DNA of 42,184 bases from Desulfobacterales bacterium (GCA_050116155.1 JASFPE010000002.1:1-42184); one strand, 5' to 3'; shown: positions 25,890-34,614, counted from the stretch's first letter. Numbers and translations are program-made. The notes: a model not told the origin generated them from the letters alone.

Positions 25890-25954
25890 ACATTCTTCCT
25901 AACTTATAACAGGTTACCTTAGTTCACTTTAGGCACTTTAAACATAACCAATAA

Positions 25955-25986
25955 GCATCCATTGAGCGTTAACGCGCAATGGATGC
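25955..25986 (-). terminator. 32-bp near-perfect palindrome / intercistronic hairpin (possible attenuator)
   Basis: GCATCCATTG-A-GCGTTAACGC-G-CAATGGATGC has a single mismatched pair. It overlaps the stop of the 582-aa gene (25969). On the minus-strand RNA it is followed by UUAUUGGUUAUGUUU. Confidence 0.4.
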
Positions 25987-27717
25987 TGCGGCGATGTTCT
26001 TCAACCGATATAAGATATCACACACCTCCACCTGCTGGGGACAGTTTTCCTGGCATTTGTAACAGGTCAGGCAATCCCAGATCATCCCGGCGCCGGATGC
26101 CATTTCTACCAATCCCAGGCCCAGGCTGCACATGATTTGATGCGGCAAAAGTCCAAGGGTTTGCTCGGGATTATCATAGTTGCTGACCACCGGGCATACA
26201 GTGGTGCAGCTTTGGCAGCTGAAACACGCCGCGTAGGTGTTATCCGAAATAGCCGACTGTGGTTCCTCATTATTCCGGGTATTCAATGGAATTGCCGTAT
26301 CGCGGCTCATTAAATCCGTAAACCGGCCGGCAACGGCCTGTCTGGCCCTGAGAATCGGATTTGCGTATGTATCGGCCGCCATGTGATTGCGAACCGTCAC
26401 TGCCCGCGCAAAGGAGTATGGGGTCAGCATGTGCACGAGGGGAGGGGCGTTCACCAGCAGCTCTTCACGGACACCGTACCACAAGTCCTTCAATCGGATT
26501 CCGGATGGACAGCGAACCGTACACCTGTCACAATTGGTGCATAGAAAGATGCCCTCCTGGATGGCTTTTAGCTGAGGTTCGTCCAACTTCTTGCCGGAAA
26601 CCCATTTTTTCAGGAAAGACATCTTCTCGGACGGCAGAATGTATTCGTTACCGACGGCCTCAAACACCATGGCGGCAGAGCAATTCAGGCTGCAGCTGCC
26701 GCAATGGGTGCAGGCGTCCAGTTCCATCACCTGGCGGGTCACGATATTGGCCGGCAATGATGTATCGGGATCCATTACCGCATTGGCCATTAACACAAAA
26801 GGGGTGGCGATGAGATGGAACATCTTGCTGAACGGAAGATAGGCCAGCCCGAGGAAACAGGCAAGGATGTGAATATACCACAACACGGTGACACCGTTGT
26901 TTTGATCCAGCCATAATGCCACGGGTTTAATAATTTTTGCGGTGGCATAGCCGTTGAAGGCCCATTTTGCAGATGCATGGCAATCCATGCAATTATCCAC
27001 GTTTACTTCACGACCGGCTTCTAATAAATCCGCATCAAAGGGTTCTTCGATATTGGGCGAAACCGTGCCGTAATCACGCACCCAAACCGTCTCAAGCGCG
27101 CTGATTTCGTCTTCATCATCCAGGCCGGCATAATCCTCTACCATCATTTGAAATTCACTGTGGGATGTTATTTTAAGCCCCTCCAGGCCAATGCCTGAGA
27201 GCATAATCAGGGCGACAATTCCAATGGCATAATGATCCATCCGGCCTGTTCTCAGGCGCCGTGGCTTTGAAATATAACGCCGCAGGGCCACCAAAATTAC
27301 ACCGGCTACCACCATCGCGCCGAAAAAATCCCTGAGAAAGAAAAACGGATTCACTGTCGAGTAATAGTCGCTGAATATGGCTTCGGTCACCACGGATTCC
27401 AGCGCATGCATGATCAGCAGCAGCATAAATCCGTAAAAAATCAGCATGTGGGCCACCCAGCGGCCGAGGTCTTCTTTCAAAATGCGACGTTGAAATAAGA
27501 CATCCAATAATAATGCGTTGAGCAGTGCGAGTATTTTGGGACTGAAAATTGCCCCCAAAAGGCCATTGAGAGCGTAAAACGCCCGATGGGAAGGTTTGAT
27601 GTTTTTTTCTGAACGACTGATATTTTTAGTGAACCAGGCTGAAATTTTATAGATGAGACCGAAGAGAAAAATCGTGAGCGCCGTGTAGAAGAGATAATCG
27701 AAAATTGTATCGGACAT
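25969..27717 (-). CDS. Membrane DsrM/NarI-like domain with a CXXCH loop, fused to an HdrC-like double ferredoxin region
   Basis: Six predicted helices with His (LIMHALESV, WYIHILA, PFSKMFHLIATP). An acidic loop between helices 5 and 6 carries NCMDCH. The C-terminus has CTHCGSCSLNCS, CTNCDRCTVRCP, CFSCQSCTTVCP and CLTCYKCQENCP. Confidence 0.82.
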   Translation of the reverse strand: MSDTIFDYLFYTALTIFLFGLIYKISAWFTKNISRSEKNIKPSHRAFYALNGLLGAIFSPKILALLNALLLDVLFQRRILKEDLGRWVAHMLIFYGFMLLLIMHALESVVTEAIFSDYYSTVNPFFFLRDFFGAMVVAGVILVALRRYISKPRRLRTGRMDHYAIGIVALIMLSGIGLEGLKITSHSEFQMMVEDYAGLDDEDEISALETVWVRDYGTVSPNIEEPFDADLLEAGREVNVDNCMDCHASAKWAFNGYATAKIIKPVALWLDQNNGVTVLWYIHILACFLGLAYLPFSKMFHLIATPFVLMANAVMDPDTSLPANIVTRQVMELDACTHCGSCSLNCSAAMVFEAVGNEYILPSEKMSFLKKWVSGKKLDEPQLKAIQEGIFLCTNCDRCTVRCPSGIRLKDLWYGVREELLVNAPPLVHMLTPYSFARAVTVRNHMAADTYANPILRARQAVAGRFTDLMSRDTAIPLNTRNNEEPQSAISDNTYAACFSCQSCTTVCPVVSNYDNPEQTLGLLPHQIMCSLGLGLVEMASGAGMIWDCLTCYKCQENCPQQVEVCDILYRLKNIAAASIAR

Positions 27718-27781
27718 TATTGAGAAACACCTTTCTTCAACAAAATATCCGAAGTGTCTTTGGCGTTTGCAGCGGGTCTTA

Positions 27782-28252
27782 TCATTTAGATTGAGAGGCC
27801 TTTTTGGCCCACTCTTTTTCCCTGTCTTTTTCCCACTTCGGGCGACGTTTGCGTTTCTTGGCTTTTTCGATGACTTCCGGAATCATCCGCAGCAACTGCT
27901 GCTTTTCCACAGGCTTGTCTAAAAATGCGTCCGGTCTGAAATAATCATAATCTGGCCATTGCCTGTAGTCGATCTCCAATTCCTCTCCCATTCCGGAGAT
28001 ACCGATGATGGGAGTGTCCTTGAGGGTGTCATCTGATCGGACCTGTTTGCAAACCTCAAAGCCGGAGAACAGTGTCTCCATCATAATGTCCAGCAGAATC
28101 AGGTCGGGTCGCTCCTTGCGGATCAAGTCCATGCCTTTCTGACCTTCATCGGCGGTATGCACCTCGAATCCATTTCTTTGAAGAAAGGTTTCCATCGTAA
28201 AGAGGAAATCGGTATTATCATCCACCATCACGATTTTGAGGTTTTTTTCCAT
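27782..28252 (-). CDS. Single-domain CheY-like response regulator with a polybasic C-terminal tail
   Basis: Motifs IVMVDDN, LILLDIMM, GISG and FLDKP. The tail reads KAKKRKRRPKWEKDREKEWAKK. RBS is AAGGAG. Confidence 0.85.
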   Translation of the reverse strand: MEKNLKIVMVDDNTDFLFTMETFLQRNGFEVHTADEGQKGMDLIRKERPDLILLDIMMETLFSGFEVCKQVRSDDTLKDTPIIGISGMGEELEIDYRQWPDYDYFRPDAFLDKPVEKQQLLRMIPEVIEKAKKRKRRPKWEKDREKEWAKKASQSK

Positions 28253-28377
28253 GCTGTTCTCCTTTTGAGATCCTGATAAATTGGTGACGACCCTGTGCTG
28301 GATATGTTTTGATTTAACGATACTATAGCTTTTTGCTACGATATTATTATTTTCAACATTTCGTCAAGATAAAATTG

Positions 28378-28402
28378 CCTAATTGAGCATCGCTCAATTA
28401 GG
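28378..28402 (-). terminator. Putative intrinsic terminator after the PAS kinase gene
   Basis: A perfect 11-bp inverted repeat CCTAATTGAGC atc GCTCAATTAGG lies 1 nt past the stop (28404). On the minus-strand RNA it is followed by CAAUUUUAUC. Confidence 0.55.
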
Positions 28403-28403
28403 G

Positions 28404-29492
28404 TCACTTAATTGGGAAAATAGCCGTAAATTTTGTTCCTTTCCCCGGCGTTGACGTTACGTCAATTCTGCCGCCGTGTTTGTTGACAACCCTCTCCACC
28501 ACGGCCAGACCGAGCCCGGTTCCCCCGCTTCCTTTGGTTGAGAAAAACTCCTCGAAAATATTTCGCTGGGTGGCAGGATCTATTCCGCAGCCATTATCCG
28601 TTATTTCAAACATAATATGTTCGTCATCATAAACGTCAGCTTTGACACTGACGAAGTGATTCTTTTTTTGTTTGTCATTAATGCACGCCTCCAAAGCGTT
28701 CCAGATTAGATTATTCAACATTCGGCGCACGCTACCGATGTCAAGCTGAACGTTGGGTACAAAAGGATTGATTTGCTCTCTAAGGCGAATATTGAAGGCG
28801 GACGCTTTATCTCGGAACAACGCCAATGCGTCTTTGGCCAGTTGACCGGGTGCAGCCGTATCGTATTTCAACGGACGGTTTTTCGATGAATATAAAACAT
28901 TTTTTACAACATCGGTAACATCGTAAACGTTTTTGCTGACAATTTTCCACCCCTTTTTGGCCAGTTCCAGATCTCCGTCTTTGAAGCCTTCATCTACCAC
29001 ATAGGCGCCGCCTTGCAGACCCTCCAGGATGTTTTTAATACCGTGGGATAACAGCGCGATGGATTGGCCCAGGGTGACCAGTTCTTTTTGGTCTATCTTA
29101 ACCTGAGTAATATTCGTGGCCATTTCGATGACTGCCATCACCTCACCATTGCCGTCCAGGATGGGAGACGCTTGAATGAGTATTTGACAGATTTTTCCAT
29201 TCCTCAACTGAACGGTCTCCTCGGTGATATGGAGGCGTTTGTCTTGGAAGGTTTTCTGTACCGGACAGTTGGGGCATATTTCACGTGAGCCTTTGTAAAC
29301 CGTGTGGCAAAATTTGCCGATGGCATCACCAAAGTCATTTTCGAAATTTTGATTAACGAAAAGAATGCGCAGATCTCGGTCTTGAATTGAGATATAGCAA
29401 GGAAGCAGGTTGATTATTTGCTGGGCACTTAAGTCCGAAATGGCGGATGTGGTTGTCGGCTTGTTGTCAGGCAATTCCTTTTTATTGGCCAT
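28404..29492 (-). CDS. Cytoplasmic PAS sensor histidine kinase
   Basis: The PAS region carries CHTVYKGSREICPNCPV. H-box-like LLSHGIKNILEGL. HATPase boxes LIWNALEA, DNGCGI and GTGLGLAV. I prefer ATG 29492; the ORF track starts at TTG 29504. There is no clear SD for either. Confidence 0.85.
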   Translation of the reverse strand: MANKKELPDNKPTTTSAISDLSAQQIINLLPCYISIQDRDLRILFVNQNFENDFGDAIGKFCHTVYKGSREICPNCPVQKTFQDKRLHITEETVQLRNGKICQILIQASPILDGNGEVMAVIEMATNITQVKIDQKELVTLGQSIALLSHGIKNILEGLQGGAYVVDEGFKDGDLELAKKGWKIVSKNVYDVTDVVKNVLYSSKNRPLKYDTAAPGQLAKDALALFRDKASAFNIRLREQINPFVPNVQLDIGSVRRMLNNLIWNALEACINDKQKKNHFVSVKADVYDDEHIMFEITDNGCGIDPATQRNIFEEFFSTKGSGGTGLGLAVVERVVNKHGGRIDVTSTPGKGTKFTAIFPIK

Positions 29493-29805
29493 AATCAAAT
29501 TCAATCAAAAGATATTCGCAGCAGGTTGGGCGTTGTGGTTTTGGTGGTCACTATAACGAAAGGGACATAAATAATCAATTCTATTTGAGTTGCCGCTAAA
29601 GTTATTAGGGTTAAACGGTAGCCATCCGCGATGACCCAAAGGGAGTCTTTCGGAATCGGAGCATTACGATATGGTTTTTAGGGCCGACATGGGGCGGTGA
29701 GATGGCACGCAAAACCCAGTCTGGTAAAAAGATCTTGAATTCTATTAAAGTGTGTTTTAGATATCATTAGTTATCCAATACGAACCATGAAAGGGTAAAG
29801 ATTAA

Positions 29806-30156
29806 GTGAACGTCAACGAATTCGTAAAGCTGTTTAATATGCATGTCGCCGCAGGCCAAAATGGGCTCGACCGTGAAATTCAAGGCGGATACTGCGGCGA
29901 CCTTTTAAGCGATGTCATGGCTAACGCACCCATCGGCTGTGTATGGCTCACTGTGCAAGCCCATCAGAATATCGTGAAAGTGGCAGTGCTGCGCGAAATG
30001 GCAGCAATCGTTCTCACCGGAGGCCAGACGCCGGATCAAGAGACCGTCGAAAGGGCAACCCAAGAAGGAATCCCCATCCTTTTGTGGCCTGATTCTGCAT
30101 TTGATCTGGCCGGACAAGCCTATTCGGCGGGATTAACCAGCCACCCGGATGATTGA
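29806..30156 (+). CDS. DRTGG-domain protein
   Basis: The pattern ...GLDREIQGGYCGDLLSDVMANA...VLTGGQTPDQETVERATQEGIPIL is typical of small DRTGG-domain proteins. The start is GTG at 29806. Confidence 0.65.
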   Translation: MNVNEFVKLFNMHVAAGQNGLDREIQGGYCGDLLSDVMANAPIGCVWLTVQAHQNIVKVAVLREMAAIVLTGGQTPDQETVERATQEGIPILLWPDSAFDLAGQAYSAGLTSHPDD

Positions 30157-30183
30157 GTTTATAACTGTTATTGCAAAGGTCTT

Positions 30184-30627
30184 CTAGTGTCGTCTGATAT
30201 AGCTTGAATGTTCAAGGGCCACGCCCGATTCCAAAGGAGCGCCTGATTCCAGCTCGCCGATGCGTGCTTTAACCGCCTGCATTTCAGATTCAAGAGCATC
30301 CAGGGTGGCGCGATGTTCTGTAATTTTTTTCTGCACAATGATGCGTCGGGATTCCAGTACCTTTAAATGCTCCTGTAATTTTCTGATGGACTCCTGTCGC
30401 AGCTGGGTATTCAGCCGGTCCATCAAATGCGAATGTTTGCCTTTCGGGTTCGCTAAAAAGTACCATGTTTTGGTATTTAAACTGTACCATGCTTCGCCGG
30501 ACACATGTTTGCCTTTCAACCGCACTCCGGCTTTCCAGATTTTAAAATCTCCTTCTTCCCGTGGCATGCCCTGAATGCGTGCCTGTCTGCGCCGTCCATC
30601 TTCACATTGGACCATATGTTTTTGCAT
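30184..30627 (-). CDS. Hypothetical protein (basic N-terminal half, coiled-coil-like C-terminal half)
   Basis: 147-aa ORF with AGGAGA 6 nt upstream of the ATG. I recognise no family motif. Confidence 0.5.
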   Translation of the reverse strand: MQKHMVQCEDGRRRQARIQGMPREEGDFKIWKAGVRLKGKHVSGEAWYSLNTKTWYFLANPKGKHSHLMDRLNTQLRQESIRKLQEHLKVLESRRIIVQKKITEHRATLDALESEMQAVKARIGELESGAPLESGVALEHSSYIRRH

Positions 30628-30738
30628 GTTAGATCTCCTGCATGATCAAGAAGAGACACTCGTTTTTTCGATAAAGAGCATTTATGAATTATCCTCGGTA
30701 GGTTTTTTGTGGACGCACCATCTATAAGACAGGCGTCA

Positions 30739-31428
30739 TCAGACAATCGGCTCCGGCGCCTCGGCGGCTTGCGCACCACCGTTTTTAAGGCTGCCCATGG
30801 CCTTGGTTAATTCCATCAGGATGCCGAGTCCCTGCCGGGCGTCTTTACTGGATAAAGCGCCCAACATGCCGAAGGGTCCTATCGGTTTGGCACCTGCCAG
30901 ATCAACCTTTGAGGGTAATTCAGCAAATTTTTCCAAAAACTCCACCGCCTTTGGATCACTGAGCTTCTTGGCCAATCCCAGGGCCGCTACGGCACCGTCA
31001 CCGATCTGATCAATATCGTCGGGGTTATAGGCTTCGGCGATTTTGGCACGCACATCCAGCATAGAGGTGATGATGCGCAGCACGCCCCGTTGTTCCAGAT
31101 CGTCCAGATAATTGATGATCTGCGGAACGGCGGATTTGAGCAAGGGTTCTATGGTGGTCACAAAGTCCACGATATTTTCCAGCTGCTCCAGTGTGAAAGT
31201 AATATGTTTGACGCTGCGAAGCATCCGCTTTAGCATGGCCAAAAGATCTTCCAGCTGAAACCCGGACTCAATGTCTTCCAGCTCACGGGTCACAAGCCTG
31301 AAAGCCTGGCCGCTTAAAGGGATCAAATCTTCCCTGAGCTCTTGAAGACTGCTGGCAGATTGTGAAATCGGTGCCAGCTGGGCCTCGATGCGATCGAGTC
31401 GCTCCAGAATTTGTTCTTCGGTCGTCAT
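30739..31428 (-). CDS. DUF1641-like protein
   Basis: The C-terminal segment GPFGMLGALSSKDARQGLGILMELTKAMGSL resembles the DUF1641 signature. Its ATG overlaps the upstream stop (TAATG). Confidence 0.6.
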   Translation of the reverse strand: MTTEEQILERLDRIEAQLAPISQSASSLQELREDLIPLSGQAFRLVTRELEDIESGFQLEDLLAMLKRMLRSVKHITFTLEQLENIVDFVTTIEPLLKSAVPQIINYLDDLEQRGVLRIITSMLDVRAKIAEAYNPDDIDQIGDGAVAALGLAKKLSDPKAVEFLEKFAELPSKVDLAGAKPIGPFGMLGALSSKDARQGLGILMELTKAMGSLKNGGAQAAEAPEPIV

Positions 31429-32681
31429 TAGGCACCTCCTTGGTTTTCTGTCAAAACGTGACGCATTTTACCGGCCATTGTCATCTGTTGCTCTAAGGGT
31501 AACTCAACGCCCTTGAGCATCATATTCCAATAGACCCATTTAAACATCATTTTGCCCCAGTAATTCATGTAGCTATCTCCGAGCAGGCTGAAGGGTCCCA
31601 ATCCGGGAAAGGGGAATTTTCCGGGCAAAGGCTCATATTCGTAGTTGAAGTCAATCAAAAATGCCTTTTCATATCCCGAGCAGATAAAGCAGGTGGCATG
31701 ACCATCGAATGTTCCTTTGGGTTCCTGACCGTCGATTTCGCGCAGGAGATTTTCCACCACCGTTTCGGATTCATAATGGGCTACAGCGCCGGCTTTGGAT
31801 GCGGGAACATTGGTAGCGTCGCCGACGACAAAAATATGGTCTGCATTTTTAGCTTTAAGGGTAAAATGATCCGTGTCCACAAAGCGCAGGGGATCTTCCA
31901 ATCCCGTACCTTCGAGGAATTTCGCACCAAAGTTCGGTGGGATGGATATTAGCAAGTCATAATCCACCTTCTCGCCCCGGTGAGACTCTATGGTTTTTTC
32001 TTCGGCATTGACCTGGGCGATATCAAAGTTGGGTGTGACTTTGATGTTTTTTTGAATGGCGATATCTCCTAAAATACTGGATGCAATGGGTTTGGAGAAT
32101 GCTCCGGCCATCGGGGTGACCATTTCGATTTCCACATTGTTCCGGGCACCGTTGACATCAAAGAACCAGTCGGCCATGAAGACAAACTCAATGGGTGCTA
32201 CCGGGCACTTGTATGGCAATTCGGCAATATTCAACACCACGCGGCCTTTATCAAAGTATTTCATTTTTTCGCGCAGTAAGATGGCACCCTCCAGCGTATA
32301 GAAGTCGTGGATATCCTTGTGCCAGGCATCCATCATTCCTTCGACTTCCTCGGGCACGATCGTGCATCCGGTGGCGATGACCAGCCAATCATAATCATAG
32401 GAGGCTTTTTTACCTTCCACCTTGCGGTTGTCCTTATCCAGCGAAATGACTTCATCCATAACAAAATTCACACCCTGGGGAATAAATTCTCGTTTCGGCT
32501 TTTTACAATCCTCCGCAGTGTAGACACCGAACGGAATAAACAGCCACCCCGGTTGGTAATGATGGATTTCGTCATTATCAAGGATAGTGATCTCCCATTG
32601 ATTGGCGTTCAATTTTTTGCGTAAATTATTGGCAACCATTGTACCGCCTGCACCTGAACCTAAAATAAGAATTTTTTTCAT
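31428..32681 (-). CDS. FAD-dependent sulfide:quinone oxidoreductase-like / NAD(FAD)-dependent dehydrogenase
   Basis: N-terminal ILILGSGAGGTMVA (FAD fold), LPYKCPVAPIEF (SQR-family Cys segment) and VVGDATNVP. RBS AGGAGG overlaps the end of the Rrf2 gene. Confidence 0.8.
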   Translation of the reverse strand: MKKILILGSGAGGTMVANNLRKKLNANQWEITILDNDEIHHYQPGWLFIPFGVYTAEDCKKPKREFIPQGVNFVMDEVISLDKDNRKVEGKKASYDYDWLVIATGCTIVPEEVEGMMDAWHKDIHDFYTLEGAILLREKMKYFDKGRVVLNIAELPYKCPVAPIEFVFMADWFFDVNGARNNVEIEMVTPMAGAFSKPIASSILGDIAIQKNIKVTPNFDIAQVNAEEKTIESHRGEKVDYDLLISIPPNFGAKFLEGTGLEDPLRFVDTDHFTLKAKNADHIFVVGDATNVPASKAGAVAHYESETVVENLLREIDGQEPKGTFDGHATCFICSGYEKAFLIDFNYEYEPLPGKFPFPGLGPFSLLGDSYMNYWGKMMFKWVYWNMMLKGVELPLEQQMTMAGKMRHVLTENQGGA

Positions 32682-32690
32682 AACATCCTC

Positions 32691-33122
32691 CTAAAGGGTT
32701 TGTTCGCTCCGCTCATTTTGATTGCCACGCATGAGGTCGGCAATCGTGGTGCTATCCAATTTTTCGTATAGGACCCGGGTGGCATCCCGCCATGCCAGCC
32801 TTACCTGACAGTCGTCGGCCATGTTGCATTTTTCAGGATTGCTCACACATTCAACCAGATCACTTTGACCTTCAAATAATCTGACAATTTGGCCCAGTGT
32901 GATTTCTTCGGGGTTTTTGGCCAGCATATGACCGCCTTTAGGCCCTCTGACGCTTTCGACCAGGTTTGCTTGTTTCAATGGACGGATGAGTTGTTCAAGG
33001 TATTTCACCGAGATGTCCTGGCGCTTGGAAATTTCACCGATCTGAACAGGGCCTTGATCATTGTGGCGGGCTAGATCTACCAAGATTCTTGTTCCGTAAC
33101 GGCTTCTGGTGGATAGTTTCAT
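32691..33122 (-). CDS. Rrf2-family transcriptional regulator with a three-Cys cluster motif
   Basis: MKLSTRSRYGTRILVDLA... is the Rrf2 wHTH. CVSNPEKCNMADDC (Cx6Cx5C) resembles the Fe-S ligand spacing of IscR/NsrR-type members. Confidence 0.88.
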   Translation of the reverse strand: MKLSTRSRYGTRILVDLARHNDQGPVQIGEISKRQDISVKYLEQLIRPLKQANLVESVRGPKGGHMLAKNPEEITLGQIVRLFEGQSDLVECVSNPEKCNMADDCQVRLAWRDATRVLYEKLDSTTIADLMRGNQNERSEQTL

Positions 33123-33294
33123 TGAAACCCTGATGTTGGTGTGTTTTCAGACTAAATCATTCTATATCAAATTAGTATGAAATACATCCAATCCTAAGTG
33201 CTGTCAAGAAATAAATTTAGACTTTTTTACAAACAACATTCAGTCACGCTGATTTATCTGAGCTGTTGACACGTTTGTCATCAGGTTTAGTTTT

Positions 33295-33323
33295 TTGACA
33301 AGCTATCCTTTGTGTTTTAGCTT
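33295..33323 (+). promoter_or_regulatory. Possible sigma70-type promoter for cysE
   Basis: TTGACA (33295-33300), a 17-nt spacer, then TAGCTT (33318-33323), about 40 nt upstream of the cysE ATG. The dyad TGACAcgttTGTCA at 33267-33280 could be an operator. Confidence 0.3.
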
Positions 33324-33362
33324 TATTTCATATTTGTAATTGAATTTGGTCGGGAGACAAAA

Positions 33363-34355
33363 ATGGCAGAAAAAACCAGTCGAAAAGATAGCTGTAAAAT
33401 CGACGTACATTCCCTCGCGAAGATCCGATCTCAACTTCCGCGCATTGCGGAGAATATCATCGAAAACTGTGATGATCGCGAATGTTACACGCATATCGAT
33501 TACGAGCCGATTCCTTCCAAAGAAGTTGTGGTTGATATCATTGATCGCATAAGGGAAATATTATTTCCGGGGTACTTTACCAGGGAAAAGATTGACCCGG
33601 TTAATCTGCGCTATAGTATGGGCCAATCGGTTGCATCCCTTTTTGATTTGTTATCAGAACAGATTTGCCGCAGCATCCGGCATGATTGCTTCAGATATGA
33701 TCTGGCGTGCAGCGAGTGTGAGGAACAGGGCCATCATTTGGCCCTCAGACTGTTCGAAGAGATACCGTCTATCCGAAAAACACTGGCAACTGATGTGCGT
33801 GCCGTCTATGATGGTGACCCGGCAGCCAACAGTTATGATGAAATCATCTTTAGTTATCCCGGTATTTTTGCCATTGCGGTGTATCGCGTTGCCCACAAAC
33901 TCTTTGCGTATGGCGTGCCGCTTCTGCCGCGAATCATGACCGAACATGCCCATAGTATCACGGGCATCGATATCCATCCCGGGGCACGCATCGGCGAACG
34001 ATTCGTCATCGATCACGGAACGGGTGTGGTGATTGGTGAAACCACGGTGATCGGAAGAAATGTGCGAATTTATCAGGGTGTTACCTTAGGGGCGCTTTCG
34101 CTGCCCAAAGATGCCGGGAATCAATTCAGAGGCAAAAAGCGTCATCCAACCATCGAGGACGATGTGGTTATTTATTCGGGTGCCACAATTCTGGGCGGCA
34201 ATACGGTTATCGGTGCACGCTCGGTCATCGGCGGCAACGTGTGGTTAACGGAATCTGTACCGCCTGACACCTCTGTCATCCTGGAGACACCGCGGCTGAT
34301 TTACAAATCAAAAAAGAAAAACCAGATTAAAAGAACCTTGAATCCAGCAGCCTAG
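33363..34355 (+). CDS. cysE: Serine O-acetyltransferase (long form)
   Basis: DPAANSYDEIIFSYPGIFAIAVYRVAH, GIDIHPGARIGERFVIDHGTGVVIGET, and hexapeptide repeats. RBS is GGGAGA. Confidence 0.9.
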   Translation: MAEKTSRKDSCKIDVHSLAKIRSQLPRIAENIIENCDDRECYTHIDYEPIPSKEVVVDIIDRIREILFPGYFTREKIDPVNLRYSMGQSVASLFDLLSEQICRSIRHDCFRYDLACSECEEQGHHLALRLFEEIPSIRKTLATDVRAVYDGDPAANSYDEIIFSYPGIFAIAVYRVAHKLFAYGVPLLPRIMTEHAHSITGIDIHPGARIGERFVIDHGTGVVIGETTVIGRNVRIYQGVTLGALSLPKDAGNQFRGKKRHPTIEDDVVIYSGATILGGNTVIGARSVIGGNVWLTESVPPDTSVILETPRLIYKSKKKNQIKRTLNPAA

Positions 34356-34415
34356 TCGCTTATTATATTACTAGTAGTAACTACTAAACTGAAAGTTTTT
34401 GGGCGTACCAGTTTT

Positions 34416-34540
34416 TGTCAGGTTTCAGCAGGCAAATTAAGGAATTGCATATTCAGAAATTCAGGAACAGAAGGTATTCTATCAATTCCTGAATTCCTCA
34501 ATTATTGAATCCTGACACCTGACACCTGACACCTGACACC
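34416..34540. repeat. Intergenic nested inverted repeats with heptamer/octamer tandem arrays
   Basis: (CCTGACA)x4 is perfect at 34511-34538, and its complement TGTCAGG lies at 34416-34422. The inner inverted repeat is AATTCAGGAA (34458-34467) / TTCCTGAATT (34486-34495). Octamer arrays are ATTCAGAA ATTCAGGA and AATTCCTG AATTCCTC AATTATTG. Confidence 0.7.
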
Positions 34541-34614
34541 ATCCTTTTAATAGGCACATAGAACCTGAAAACCGCGATTTCGTGAATCTATTTAAATAAT
34601 TAAGGAGAACATTG

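Noticed and set aside
28253-28377. Sigma70-type promoter for the cluster B regulator/membrane genes (TTGACG ... TATAGT on the minus strand)
   Set aside because: The hexamers are present but at non-canonical spacing. I could not pair a -35 and a -10 at 16-18 nt, so no promoter was called.
29703-29718. TGGCACG that looks like a sigma54 -24 element upstream of the DRTGG gene
   Set aside because: The position 10 nt after GG reads CC, not GC, so there is no -12 element.
29505-29805. A 300-bp divergent intergenic region considered as a riboswitch or ncRNA
   Set aside because: I could not match any riboswitch consensus by eye, and no convincing conserved-looking helices are present. A covariance-model scan is needed before any claim.
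34511-34540. The heptamer array (and the other short arrays) considered as a CRISPR or coding repeat
   Set aside because: The units are 7-8 nt with no spacers, far too short for CRISPR. They lie outside ORFs.
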